Counted from the stretch's first letter, positions 49,513-59,104 are shown. The stretch is 59,242 nt of DNA from Chthoniobacteraceae bacterium (GCA_031409655.1 JANNXQ010000301.1:1-59242); one strand, 5' to 3'. A program made the numbers and translations. The notes: generated from the letters alone by a model not told the origin.

Positions 49513-49596
49513 TCACACGCGCTCGTCGCGGCACGCCCACCAGACGGACCCAGCGATGGCGGCAACGACAAAGGAAAGCATCCCTAAACTCAGCAT
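49513..49596 (-). CDS. Candidate 27-aa membrane micro-protein
   Basis: MLSLGMLSFVVAAIAGSVWWACRDERV*, a single TM-like segment between the Nudix gene and the regulator. Confidence 0.4.
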   Translation of the reverse strand: MLSLGMLSFVVAAIAGSVWWACRDERV

Positions 49597-49655
49597 ATGT
49601 GGGGAGGAGTAGCGGCATTTGCAAACCTGGGTCAACAGGATTCATGCCCGCGGAT

Positions 49656-50117
49656 TTAGATTTTCTGCCCAAAGAAATCCGTGAAGACCGCGCGATAGAC
49701 TTCGCGCTTCATTTCGGGGAGCCACTCGATCCGAAAATCCCCGGGAGCGATCCAGCGGAAGGCCTGAAACTCGGGGTGCTCAGTGGCAACATTGATGCCC
49801 TCGTCCGCCGCGTGGAAGCGGCACAGGAAATACGTCTGCTCCTTCCCGTGATGGCCGCGTTTCTTTCGCCCTTCACCGAAGAGATAGCGGTAGGGGCCGC
49901 GCGCTTCCGCGATCGTATAATCTTCCGGCAGCACGCCGATCTCTTCGCGCAGTTCGCGTCGGAGCGCTTGCTCCGCGGTCTCGCCGTCGTCGATGCCCCC
50001 TTGCGGGAATTGCCACGCGCCGGACACGTCGAGTCGCTCGCAGATCAGGATTTCGCCCCGGGAATTCCGGAGAATGGCCGCGACATTCGTCTTCAGTTTG
50101 ATTTCAGTCTCGCTCAT
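49656..50117 (-). CDS. Nudix hydrolase, RppH-like
   Basis: WQFPQGGIDDGETAEQALRRELREEIG Nudix box; HPEFQAFRW; KREVYRAV. Confidence 0.9.
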   Translation of the reverse strand: MSETEIKLKTNVAAILRNSRGEILICERLDVSGAWQFPQGGIDDGETAEQALRRELREEIGVLPEDYTIAEARGPYRYLFGEGRKKRGHHGKEQTYFLCRFHAADEGINVATEHPEFQAFRWIAPGDFRIEWLPEMKREVYRAVFTDFFGQKI

Positions 50118-50601
50118 GGATTGGAAAAAAATCGCCACTGCCGTCGCGGGCGGTTTCGTCGTGTTTGCGCTCTTTGTGGCCTGGCTCTGGCAGCCGGAAC
50201 GGCAGGTGCAGCTGCATCAAAAGCATTTTTTGCAGGCCGTCGAGCGGCGAAATTGGCGGACGGTGGAGAAATTTCTCTCGCCTGATTATCTCGATCAGTG
50301 GGGCTACAATGCCCACCGGCTTGGCCCGTCCATGGAGGAAGGGTTTGGCCAGTTCCTTTTCCTCTCCATCGAGCAGCGCCTCGAAGAATGTGCGGTGGAA
50401 GGTGACTGGGGGACGACGAAGGTCACAGTCAGGATGAAGGGGAGCGGTGGTCCCATGGCGCAGCAGGCGATGAGCGTCGTCAATGCGTTGCGAAAACCAT
50501 TCACCTTCACGTGGCGACGGGAGAGTGGTTCCCTCTCGGAATGGCGCCTCGAGCGGGTGGAAAACGAAGAACTGACTCTCCATAGCCTCCTTTCACTCTG
50601 A
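50116..50601 (+). CDS. Membrane-anchored hypothetical protein (NTF2-like)
   Basis: N-terminal TM segment; WQPERQV...LSPDYLDQWG...PFTFTWRRES...WRLERVEN. Confidence 0.75.
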   Translation: MDWKKIATAVAGGFVVFALFVAWLWQPERQVQLHQKHFLQAVERRNWRTVEKFLSPDYLDQWGYNAHRLGPSMEEGFGQFLFLSIEQRLEECAVEGDWGTTKVTVRMKGSGGPMAQQAMSVVNALRKPFTFTWRRESGSLSEWRLERVENEELTLHSLLSL

Positions 50602-50672
50602 CGGTCCGCGAGTCGGGGTTTCGGACTTCGCCGCTCGGCAGCCAGCCGCGAGATCGGCAAGTCCCGCCGGCG

Positions 50673-51521
50673 TTATGCGTCCGGTTCGCCGAGGACTTCG
50701 ACGACCAGGGCGGTGGTGTTGTCGCGGCCGGCTTCGCGGAGGGAAGCGTGGACGAGGCGTTCGGCGGGGTTTTGCGCGGCCTGCTCCGGGGTGGGGCTGC
50801 GGAGGAGGTCGAGGAGGGTGTGGTCGTAGAGGCCTTCGACGAGGCCGTCGGAGCAGAGGAGGAAGATGTCGCCGGGTTCGCAGGCGACGGAGCCGACTTG
50901 CGGGTCCACAAATTGGTGGCCGGCACCGAGGGCTTTTTGCAGGACGTTGCGGCGCGGGTGGCTGCGGGCTTCGCGCTCATTGATCTGGCCCTGGCGGCGG
51001 AGCCAGCCGACGTGGGAGTCGTCCTGGGTGATCGGGTGGAGGCCGCCTTCGCGGGCGGGGAGGTAGTAGATGCGGCTGTCGCCGATGTGGCCGAAGAAGA
51101 CCCAGCCGGGCGTGAACCAGCAGAGGCTCAGGGTCGCGCCCATGCCGGAGCATTCCTCATAGCTCTCGCTGTGAAAGGTGAGGGCGCGGTGGATCTGGTC
51201 GAATAGTTCCTCGAGCACATCGGAGAAGCCGGCCTGGAGACCGCCGGCGGATTGCTTGAAGGCGCGCGGCAGGAGTCGGGTGACTTTGTCGATGGTGATG
51301 CGGCTGGCAAATTCGCCAGCCATGGCGCCGCCCATGCCATCGCTCACGGCGAAGACAAAGTCCGCATCGCCCGTGGGGGCTTCGCCGATTTTCCCGAGAT
51401 GCTGGACCTCGCGGGCGTCGAAGCGCAGGCCGAGGAAGCTGTCCTCGTTGTTCTTCCGGATGCGGCCGATGTCGGAAAGGCCGGACCAGCGCAGGCGCGG
51501 GGGATTAGTGGGGGGCAGCAT
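50673..51521 (-). CDS. PP2C/PPM-family Ser/Thr phosphatase
   Basis: GRIRKNNED, VSDGMGG, HIGDSRIY, LCSDGL, GRDNTT. Confidence 0.93.
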   Translation of the reverse strand: MLPPTNPPRLRWSGLSDIGRIRKNNEDSFLGLRFDAREVQHLGKIGEAPTGDADFVFAVSDGMGGAMAGEFASRITIDKVTRLLPRAFKQSAGGLQAGFSDVLEELFDQIHRALTFHSESYEECSGMGATLSLCWFTPGWVFFGHIGDSRIYYLPAREGGLHPITQDDSHVGWLRRQGQINEREARSHPRRNVLQKALGAGHQFVDPQVGSVACEPGDIFLLCSDGLVEGLYDHTLLDLLRSPTPEQAAQNPAERLVHASLREAGRDNTTALVVEVLGEPDA

Positions 51522-51912
51522 CCGCAGGGTTTTCCGCGTCCGGCAGGATCGTCGCAAACTCAAAATCAATGAGGCAGAAGCGGCCGTCGGACTGGCGGTA
51601 GGTGATGTTGCGCATCTCGGCGTCGTCGTGGCGGACGCCGTAGGGGAGGAGGTCGGCGAAAAGCTCTTTGGTCCGCGCTTCGTCGAGGTGCTCGACGCGC
51701 TGGCCGCAGTTCGTGGTCACGATGGTGAGGGTTTCCGGATCGGACTCGAGCAGGCGCGGGACAAAGGTGCAGCCGCGCTCTTCGAGATGGCGCAGGACGC
51801 GCGCTTCAGTGGCAAAGCGCTCCTCGGCGTGCGGTCCGCGGAAGGTCTTGTGGACGCGGCCGTCGTAGCTGAGGCGGACGGTGGCGCGGAGGGTGTCCTT
51901 CACTTGGATCAT
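51505..51912 (-). CDS. Minimal protein-kinase-like (APH/RIO fold) protein
   Basis: VHK, E in ATEARVL, VPRLL, HDDAEMRN catalytic loop, LIDFE; 135 aa. Confidence 0.82.
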   Translation of the reverse strand: MIQVKDTLRATVRLSYDGRVHKTFRGPHAEERFATEARVLRHLEERGCTFVPRLLESDPETLTIVTTNCGQRVEHLDEARTKELFADLLPYGVRHDDAEMRNITYRQSDGRFCLIDFEFATILPDAENPADAAPH

Positions 51913-51972
51913 GGGCTGAGGAAGATGGAGTGGGGGGCGGGCGGGGCAAGGGCGGAGTGGGAGGGAGGGGGG

Positions 51973-52062
51973 AAACGCAAAACTTCAAACGCCAAACTTT
52001 AAACTTCAAAGGTCAGAGAGCGGACGGTCTCGCGATCCGCGCCGTTTGGAGTTTGGCGTTGA
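51973..52062. repeat. Inverted heptamer tandem repeats
   Basis: AAACGCA AAACTTC AAACGCC AAACTTT AAACTTC ... GTTTGGA GTTTGGC GTTGA. Confidence 0.75.
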
Positions 52063-52171
52063 TTCCTCGCGACTGGTTTCAATGCACCGGCTTTCGGCCC
52101 GCGCATTGATCCGTGCGCGGAACGGGTTTTTCGATTGCGCCTACCGGAAGGGGATCGGTATCACGGGAGGC

Positions 52172-55100
52172 ATGGGAAGCGTGCGTCGTGTTTGTATCTG
52201 GCTGAGCCTCGCGGTGGGGCTCGGAGTTCTGTCGTTTGCGGGTCGTGCTCTCGCGGAGTCCGCGGCCGTCCTCGTGGAGAAAGAGAAGGTGGTGGAGGCG
52301 CGCTTGCAGGGTGCGGGTTGGGATGCGGCGGCGCTTGGGCGGGAATTTGCGACGCGCGATGGCTTGCGCACGGGGGAGTTCAGTCGCGCGGCGCTGCGCT
52401 TCACGGATCGCAGCATGTTGCGCTTGGATGAGCTGACGACGATCGAGATCAGCGCGTCGCCGGCGGCGGCGGAGAAGACGCTCGAGATGAAACGCGGCGG
52501 TGCGTATTTCTACAGTCGGGAGCGGCCGGAGCAGATCAAGATCCGCACGGCGGTGGTGAATGGAGCGCTGCGCGGGACGGAGTTTGCGCTGCGCGTGGCG
52601 GCGGATGGGAAGACGACAGTGGCGATGTTTGAAGGCGAGGTTGAACTGAGCAATCCGCAGGGCCGACTGCTGGTCCGCAGCGGTGAGATGGCGGAGGTGG
52701 CGGCGGGCGGCGCGCCGCGGAAGACGGCGCTGATCGAGGCGAGGAATATCATCCAGTGGTGTCTCTACTACCCGGCGGTGCTCGATCCGGCGGAGCTGGG
52801 CTTTGGTGCGGAGTCGGAGACGGTGGCGGCGTATCGCGCCGGGAATCTTCCGGGAGCGCTCGCGGCATTGCCGTCGGCGGGTGGTGCGAAGGCGGCGCGA
52901 CTTTACCGCGCGGCAGTGATTCTTTCGTCCGGACAGGTGAAAAAGGCACAGATGATTTTGCAAGGCGTGCCGGCGAGCGATGCCGGGCGACGGGCGCTGG
53001 AGCGGATGATCGCGGCGGTGCAGATGCGCGAGTCTTCCGGGAGCGGCGAACCCAGCACCGCGAGTGAGTGGCTGGCGGAATCTTACGCGCAGCAATCGCG
53101 GCACGACCTCGAAGCCGCGCGCGCCGCGGCGCGACGGGCGACGGAGCTTTCACCGGGCTTCGGCTTTGCCTGGGCGCGATTGGCGGAGCTGGAGTTTTCT
53201 TTCGGCCGCACGAAGTCGGCGATGCAGTTGGTCGAGCGGGCGCTGGAACTCGCGCCGCAAAATGCGCAGGCCCACGCGTTGCAAGGTTTCCTGCTGAGCG
53301 CGGAGAATCGTCTCGGGGCGGCGCGGCGCTGCTTTGAGCAGGCGATCGCGCTCGATGGTGCGCTCGGGAATGCGTGGCTCGGGCGCGGACTCATTTCCAT
53401 CCGGCGCGGCGACGAGGAAGCGGGACGGCATGACTTGCAGACGGCGGCGGTGCTCGAGCCGACGCGCTCCGTCCTGCGCAGCTATCTCGGCAAGGCTTTC
53501 AGCCAGGTGGGGATCGACGACAAAGCGAATCTGGAACTCGAGCGCGCGAAGGAACTCGACCCCGCGGACCCGACGCCGTGGCTCTACTCCGCGATCCAGC
53601 GCAAGCAGGAGAATCGTTACAACGAAGCCATCGAGGCGCTCGAAAAATCCGTGGAGCTGAATGATAACCGGCGCGTCTATCGCTCGCTGTTTCTGCTCGA
53701 TCAGGATCGCGCCGTCCGCGGCACGAACCTCGCGTCGATCTATCTGAACAACGGCCTGACCGAGCAGAGCGTGCGCGAAGCGGTGCGCGCGGTGGGCAGC
53801 GATTACGCCAGCGCGGGTGCGCACCTTTTCCTCGCGAATAGCTACAACGCCCTGCGCGATCCGAACCGCGTGCTGCTCCGCTACGAGACGGCATGGTTCA
53901 ATGAATTGCTGCTCTCGAATCTGCTCTCGCCGGTGGGCGCCGGGCCGCTCTCGCAGTTCGTCTCCGAGCAGGAGTACTCGAAGCTTTTTGAAAAGGACGG
54001 ACTCGGTCTGAGTTCGGTCACCGAGTATCGGAGCGACGGGCAGGTGCGGGCGATCGCGTCCCAGTTTGGCACGACCGGAAACCTCAGCTACGCGCTGGAT
54101 GCGGAATACTTTTTCGACAACGGAAACCGACCAAACAACGAGGTCTCGCGCTTCGAAAGTTACGGCACTTTCAAGCTCCAACTCAGCCCGCAGGACACGG
54201 TCTTTTTGCAGGTGAAGTATCAGGACTTTTCCAGCGGCGATGTTTTCCAGCGGTACGATCCGCGGGACGTGGAGCGCACCGTGACCGGCACGGGCGTGAC
54301 GAAGAAGGTCGAGAAAAATTTCGAGGGACTCACCTTTGACTTCCGCGAAAAACAGGAGCCCGGGCTGCTCCTTGGCGGCTGGCATCACGAGTGGGCGCCC
54401 GGCCAGCACACCCTGCTCCTGCTCGGTCGCTTCGCGGCGGACGATGCGCTGCGCTACGACGATGCGCGGGTGCCCTTCGTCCTGCGCGATGCGAGTCTGC
54501 TCGCGGCTCCGGAGACCGACACGGGCGTCTCGGATGGAACGATCCCGCGGGACCGGCAGTTTTTCTCCGCGATGCGCCGGCTGCTCGGACGCGCGCAGCT
54601 CTTCGAGGGAGACACCAAGAGCTTCGATCTCGAAAGCAGTCAGCGTTTTGAAATCCTGAGCGCGGAGTTGCAGCACATCGCGACCTTCGGCGCGCACACC
54701 GTGATCGTGGGCGGACGTTTTCAGAGCGGGCGCTTTGAGGCGGAGTCGCGGCTTTCGGATTTTGAAAATGGGCTCGATGGGTTCGGGGCCGTGGCGTTTG
54801 AGAAGCCCGAACTCCGGCAGCGCACGTCGGTGGATCTGGAGCGGGTGAGCCTGTACCTCTACGAACTCTGGCGTCCGTGGTCGTGGCTCGGCGTCACCGC
54901 GGGGGTGACTTACGACAGCCTCGATTTCCCCGCGAATCCGACGAGCCCGCCGATCAGTGGCCGCCAATCTTCCGTGGACGAGGTTTCGCCAAAGTTCGGA
55001 CTCATCCTCCAGCCGTGGCGCGGGGCGACTTTGCGCGCGGCCTATTCGGAATCGCTCGGCGGCGCGAGCTTTGAGGAAAGTGTGCGGCTCGAGCCGACGC

Positions 55101-55921
55101 AGGTGGCGGGCTTTCTCCAGGGGACGCGCTCGGTGCTCTCCGAGTCGCTGCTCGGATCGGTGACGGGGAGCAAGTATCGCTTCACGGGGCTGAGCTTTGA
55201 GCAAAAGCTGCCGTCGCGCACTTACCTCGGCTTTGAGTATCGGCTGCTGCGGCAGGATCTCGAGCGCACGCTTGGGGCGATCGCGAGTCTCGACTTTGCC
55301 GGCACGCCGCTCGCGAATCTGCCGTCGTCGATCGAGGAGAAGGATGCATATCGCGAGGACACTTTCACCTTCACCGCGAACCAACTCCTCGGGGAGCGCT
55401 GGGCGTTCGGCGCGCGCTACGATTACACGCGGGCTTCCTTGCGGCAGCAGCTCGCGGGATTCAGCGATGCCTATGCGGCGGGATTGCTGGACCCGGGGAC
55501 GGTGGAGTCTCGGCGCGCGGAACTGGCGCGCCTGGCCGATGGCGCGGACGAGCGCACTGTGACTGGCCTGCATCACCTGCAACTCGACGTGTTGTACAAT
55601 CACCCCTCGGGTTTCTTCGCGCGAGCCGATGCGCAGTGGTATCGGCAGGATGAAAACAGTTTCGTCACGCGACCGGACTTCAGCGCCGTGGATGCGGGCA
55701 CGGGCGCGACGCGGCGGCGCGTGGATCGGGAGGGTCGGCCGAGTGACGACTTCTGGCAGTTCAATGTGACGGCGGGCTATCGCTTCCTGCGGAATCAGTG
55801 CGAGGTGAGCTGCGGGGTGCTGAATCTGAGTGGGCAGGATTACCAGCTCGATCCCCTCACCCCTTACGCCGAACTGCCACGCGATCGGACGTTCTTCGTC
55901 CGCTGCCGGCTGAATTTCTAG
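52172..55921 (+). CDS. FecR, TPR and beta-barrel outer-membrane receptor (NsrA-like)
   Basis: GGAGG RBS; signal peptide; LRTGEFSRA...ALRGTEF FecR; TPRs (DPADPTPWLY, NDNRRVYRS); barrel ending in CRLNF. Confidence 0.88.
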   Translation: MGSVRRVCIWLSLAVGLGVLSFAGRALAESAAVLVEKEKVVEARLQGAGWDAAALGREFATRDGLRTGEFSRAALRFTDRSMLRLDELTTIEISASPAAAEKTLEMKRGGAYFYSRERPEQIKIRTAVVNGALRGTEFALRVAADGKTTVAMFEGEVELSNPQGRLLVRSGEMAEVAAGGAPRKTALIEARNIIQWCLYYPAVLDPAELGFGAESETVAAYRAGNLPGALAALPSAGGAKAARLYRAAVILSSGQVKKAQMILQGVPASDAGRRALERMIAAVQMRESSGSGEPSTASEWLAESYAQQSRHDLEAARAAARRATELSPGFGFAWARLAELEFSFGRTKSAMQLVERALELAPQNAQAHALQGFLLSAENRLGAARRCFEQAIALDGALGNAWLGRGLISIRRGDEEAGRHDLQTAAVLEPTRSVLRSYLGKAFSQVGIDDKANLELERAKELDPADPTPWLYSAIQRKQENRYNEAIEALEKSVELNDNRRVYRSLFLLDQDRAVRGTNLASIYLNNGLTEQSVREAVRAVGSDYASAGAHLFLANSYNALRDPNRVLLRYETAWFNELLLSNLLSPVGAGPLSQFVSEQEYSKLFEKDGLGLSSVTEYRSDGQVRAIASQFGTTGNLSYALDAEYFFDNGNRPNNEVSRFESYGTFKLQLSPQDTVFLQVKYQDFSSGDVFQRYDPRDVERTVTGTGVTKKVEKNFEGLTFDFREKQEPGLLLGGWHHEWAPGQHTLLLLGRFAADDALRYDDARVPFVLRDASLLAAPETDTGVSDGTIPRDRQFFSAMRRLLGRAQLFEGDTKSFDLESSQRFEILSAELQHIATFGAHTVIVGGRFQSGRFEAESRLSDFENGLDGFGAVAFEKPELRQRTSVDLERVSLYLYELWRPWSWLGVTAGVTYDSLDFPANPTSPPISGRQSSVDEVSPKFGLILQPWRGATLRAAYSESLGGASFEESVRLEPTQVAGFLQGTRSVLSESLLGSVTGSKYRFTGLSFEQKLPSRTYLGFEYRLLRQDLERTLGAIASLDFAGTPLANLPSSIEEKDAYREDTFTFTANQLLGERWAFGARYDYTRASLRQQLAGFSDAYAAGLLDPGTVESRRAELARLADGADERTVTGLHHLQLDVLYNHPSGFFARADAQWYRQDENSFVTRPDFSAVDAGTGATRRRVDREGRPSDDFWQFNVTAGYRFLRNQCEVSCGVLNLSGQDYQLDPLTPYAELPRDRTFFVRCRLNF

Positions 55922-55926
55922 CCGCC

Positions 55927-58017
55927 GTGCCAGAACGCCCCCAAGCCCCTCCTGCGAATCGCCGGCGCCGTCGGCGGCTCGCACTTGCGGCGCTGAGCCT
56001 CGCCGGCGCGGTGCTGGTCGCGGCGCTCGGCTATGGGCTGGTGCGGGGCTCGATCGTGGAGCGGAGCGACGTGAAAGCGCGGCCGCTGTTCGGTTGGGTG
56101 CAGTCGTCGCTCGGGGAAGGGCTGGCGCGCTTGAGCTACGATCTGCCGTTCATCGTCCGAGCGCGGCGGGCGGCGCGTGAGCTGCCGCCGGCTTGCGTCA
56201 TTTATCTGGATGAAGGTTCGGCGGCGAAACTCGATCAACGCGGCGGGGTTTGGGATCGGCAGTTGCACGCCGATCTCGTCCGTCGGCTGAAGCGCGAAGG
56301 CGCGCGGGCGATTTTTTTCGACATCGTCTTTTCCGATGCGTGGCCTGATCCGGCGGTGGATGAGGATTTCGCGGAAGCCATCGCGGAACATGGGAATGTC
56401 TTCCTCGGTGCGGCGCTGGAACTCGACCACGGAGCAAAGGCGTTGCAGGAGCGCACGGTGCCGCCGACGCCGGTGCTGCGGAAAAGCGCGGCGGGCTGGG
56501 GACTGATTGCCTTTCGACCGCTCGATCCGGATTTCGGGGTGCGGCGGATTTTCACCGGCACGGAACAAGTGCCGTCAGCAACGTGGCGGGCGGCCCTGGC
56601 ACTCGGCGCGAAGCTGCCGACGACTGACGAAGGACGTTTGGAAGCGCGCTGGCTGAATTTTTACGGCCCGCCGAATACCTTCCCCAATGTCAGCTACGAC
56701 CGGGCGTTGCGGGACAATGAAGTGCCGCCTGATTTCTTTCGGGACAAGTTGGTCTTCGTCGGCGGTCGCTCCACGCTGGGTTCGCTGATGCTCGGCAAGG
56801 ATGACTTTCGCACGCCTTACGGATTGTTCGGCGAGCAGTTCGCGCACGGGGTGGAACTGCATCTCACAATTCTGCAAAATCTGCTGCGGGGCGAATGGCT
56901 CACGCGCCTCGCGCCGAGCTGGGAGCTGTGGTTCGTGGTGACGTTTGGCGCGCTGCTCGGCGGTGGGTTGCCGTGGTTGCGCCCGCATTGGGCAGCGGTC
57001 GTGGCACTGCTCGCGGTGGCGGTGCTGGCGGCGGTGGCACTGTGGTTGCACGCGCATCGGCAGGTCTGGTTCGCGTGGTGTATCTCGGCGCTCGTGCAGG
57101 TGCCGCTGGCGCTGGTCTGGGCGGTGGGCGTGCGGTACTTCGTGGAGGAAAAGAGGCGACGGGCGTTGCGCGATGCCTTTGGGCTCTATCTGTCGCCGCA
57201 GATGGCGGATCGCATCGCGGAGGCGGACTTCGACTTAAAGCCCGGCGGCGCGGTCGTGGATTGCACCGTGATCTTCACCGATCTCGAAGACTACACAGGC
57301 CTCTGCCCGCGCATGGATGATCCGCTGCACATCTCGCGGGTCCTCACCACTTACTTCACGCACACGACCGGTCACATTCTCGAAAGCGACGGGACGATCA
57401 TCAAATACATGGGCGATGCGGTGCAGGCCGTCTGGGGTGCGCCGCTGAACGATGCCGACCATGTGCGCAAAGCAGTCCGCGCGGCTTGGCGGATGCACGT
57501 CGCCTCGCGGATCGAATGCGAAGGCCATCCGTTGCGGACGCGCATCGGCGTGAATACGGGGCCGATGATCGCCGGGAACCTCGGCTCGGCGCAGCGCTTC
57601 GACTACACCGTGACGGGTGACGCCGTGAACTTTGCCTCGCGCCTCGAAGGCTTGAACAAGTTCCTCGGCACGGACGTTCTGCTTTCGGACACCATCGTCC
57701 GCGCGCTCGATACGGAGTTCCTCACGCGACCGCTGGGTGAATTCCTGGTCGCGGGACGGAAGGAGCCCCGGCTCGTCCACGAACTCCTCGGCCCCGCCGA
57801 CGGCGAGGCGCGCCCGTGGCTCGAGACCTTTGCCCGCGCGCTGGCGGCATTTCAGGCCGGCGATCTCGATGCCGCGGAACGCGGAATGCGCGAGACCGTG
57901 GCGCAGCGCGACGGCGCGGATGGGCCTTCGACGATGTATTTGAAGAAGATCGCGGAGTATCGCCTTTCCGGCCGGCCTGCGGATTGGCGAGGGGTCATCG
58001 AGTTTGGGAAAAAGTAA
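55927..58017 (+). CDS. CHASE2 adenylate cyclase
   Basis: WDRQLHADLV...FDIVF CHASE2 and GVELH; 3 TM segments; VIFTDLEDYT, IKYMGD, DYTVTGDAVNFASRLEG. Confidence 0.92.
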   Translation: MPERPQAPPANRRRRRRLALAALSLAGAVLVAALGYGLVRGSIVERSDVKARPLFGWVQSSLGEGLARLSYDLPFIVRARRAARELPPACVIYLDEGSAAKLDQRGGVWDRQLHADLVRRLKREGARAIFFDIVFSDAWPDPAVDEDFAEAIAEHGNVFLGAALELDHGAKALQERTVPPTPVLRKSAAGWGLIAFRPLDPDFGVRRIFTGTEQVPSATWRAALALGAKLPTTDEGRLEARWLNFYGPPNTFPNVSYDRALRDNEVPPDFFRDKLVFVGGRSTLGSLMLGKDDFRTPYGLFGEQFAHGVELHLTILQNLLRGEWLTRLAPSWELWFVVTFGALLGGGLPWLRPHWAAVVALLAVAVLAAVALWLHAHRQVWFAWCISALVQVPLALVWAVGVRYFVEEKRRRALRDAFGLYLSPQMADRIAEADFDLKPGGAVVDCTVIFTDLEDYTGLCPRMDDPLHISRVLTTYFTHTTGHILESDGTIIKYMGDAVQAVWGAPLNDADHVRKAVRAAWRMHVASRIECEGHPLRTRIGVNTGPMIAGNLGSAQRFDYTVTGDAVNFASRLEGLNKFLGTDVLLSDTIVRALDTEFLTRPLGEFLVAGRKEPRLVHELLGPADGEARPWLETFARALAAFQAGDLDAAERGMRETVAQRDGADGPSTMYLKKIAEYRLSGRPADWRGVIEFGKK

Positions 58018-58084
58018 GTGCGGGGCGCGTTCCGGGCGCGTTCCGCCTTGCCAGCCTCCGGTGGAAGTGAAATGAAATGCGGCC

Positions 58085-58483
58085 ATGAGGACCGTGACGC
58101 TTCCGATGTTTTTCGGCCTGGTCGCCCTGTTGGTCGGGGTGCCGGTGACGGTGCTGGCGCTCACCGGGCGCGTGCCGACTCGCAATCTGGATGGCGTCTC
58201 CACCACCGGCGGTTGTGGCCAAATCCTCGTGCGTTATCACAACGCCAACTCCGCCAAACTGGCGACCGAGTGGCGAGCCAGCATCGGCAATAAGGCGGGC
58301 TCGTGGGCCGCGGTCCGACCGGTGGCTGCGCAGACGGGCGCCATCCTCAAGCGGCAGGGGCGTTACCTCATCGAATTCCGATTCAAGACCGTGCAGAACG
58401 GACACAAGGTGCCCGACGCCTTCACGGTCGATGTGGTGGATCAACAACGGCTGGTCCTGCCCGTCGAGTACTACAACCCGTGA
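58085..58483 (+). CDS. Small secreted beta-rich protein
   Basis: Signal peptide; 132 aa; paralogous to the next gene. Confidence 0.7.
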   Translation: MRTVTLPMFFGLVALLVGVPVTVLALTGRVPTRNLDGVSTTGGCGQILVRYHNANSAKLATEWRASIGNKAGSWAAVRPVAAQTGAILKRQGRYLIEFRFKTVQNGHKVPDAFTVDVVDQQRLVLPVEYYNP

Positions 58484-58494
58484 CCACGAAACCC

Positions 58495-58902
58495 ATGGCT
58501 CTTCCCTGTTTGCCAACCCTCCGCGCGCTGCTGGCTGGCGGCGTGGCGCTGCTGCTCGCGGGCTGCGGCACGCTGCCGTTCACGAGTGCAAAAGGCCGGA
58601 TCAGCAAGATTCGTTACGATCGCGATCCGTGTCCACTCGCGGATCGGGGCAGGATCGCCGTCTATTTTGACCCCAAGTGGCCGCTCTGCCGTCCGGCTAC
58701 GGAGTGGCGGTTGGTCACTTCGGATGGGCCAAAGTGCTGGCACCGCGTCACGGCAAAGCCGGTCTTTCGCGCGGAAGCGGCGGACGTTTACGGCATCCAG
58801 TTTCAAATTTGCGATCCGAAGAGGCTGGCCCAGCCACCTCCTTCCGGAACGGTCACTCTCCTCGAAAAGCAGCGCCTCCACGTCCCGATTTACTATCGGT
58901 AA
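58495..58902 (+). CDS. Small lipoprotein, paralog of 58085..58483
   Basis: LLLAGC lipobox; shared ATEWR, Y-x-I-x-F and QRL-x-x-P-x-x-Y motifs. Confidence 0.72.
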   Translation: MALPCLPTLRALLAGGVALLLAGCGTLPFTSAKGRISKIRYDRDPCPLADRGRIAVYFDPKWPLCRPATEWRLVTSDGPKCWHRVTAKPVFRAEAADVYGIQFQICDPKRLAQPPPSGTVTLLEKQRLHVPIYYR

Positions 58903-58955
58903 GTGGTCGGAGGGATGAGTGCAGCGGGGCCGGCCAGGCGGAGAAGAATAAATCG

Positions 58956-58997
58956 TGGCACTCATTTTGCGGTCGCATTTCTGGCACTGCATCTGCT
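58956..58997 (+). promoter_or_regulatory. Two tandem sigma54 (-24/-12) motifs
   Basis: TGGCACTCATTTTGC (58956-58970) and TGGCACTGCATCTGCT (58982-58997), both GG-N10-GC, upstream of glutamine synthetase. Confidence 0.7.
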
Positions 58998-59104
58998 CAA
59001 TTCTGAAACGCGTCTAACCTCAGGGTAAAAAGGGCAACAACTAACATCTAAGCGGTCGCTTTTGGCTCAGCCCGCTCAAAAATAAACACCACCACACCGA
59101 TAAC

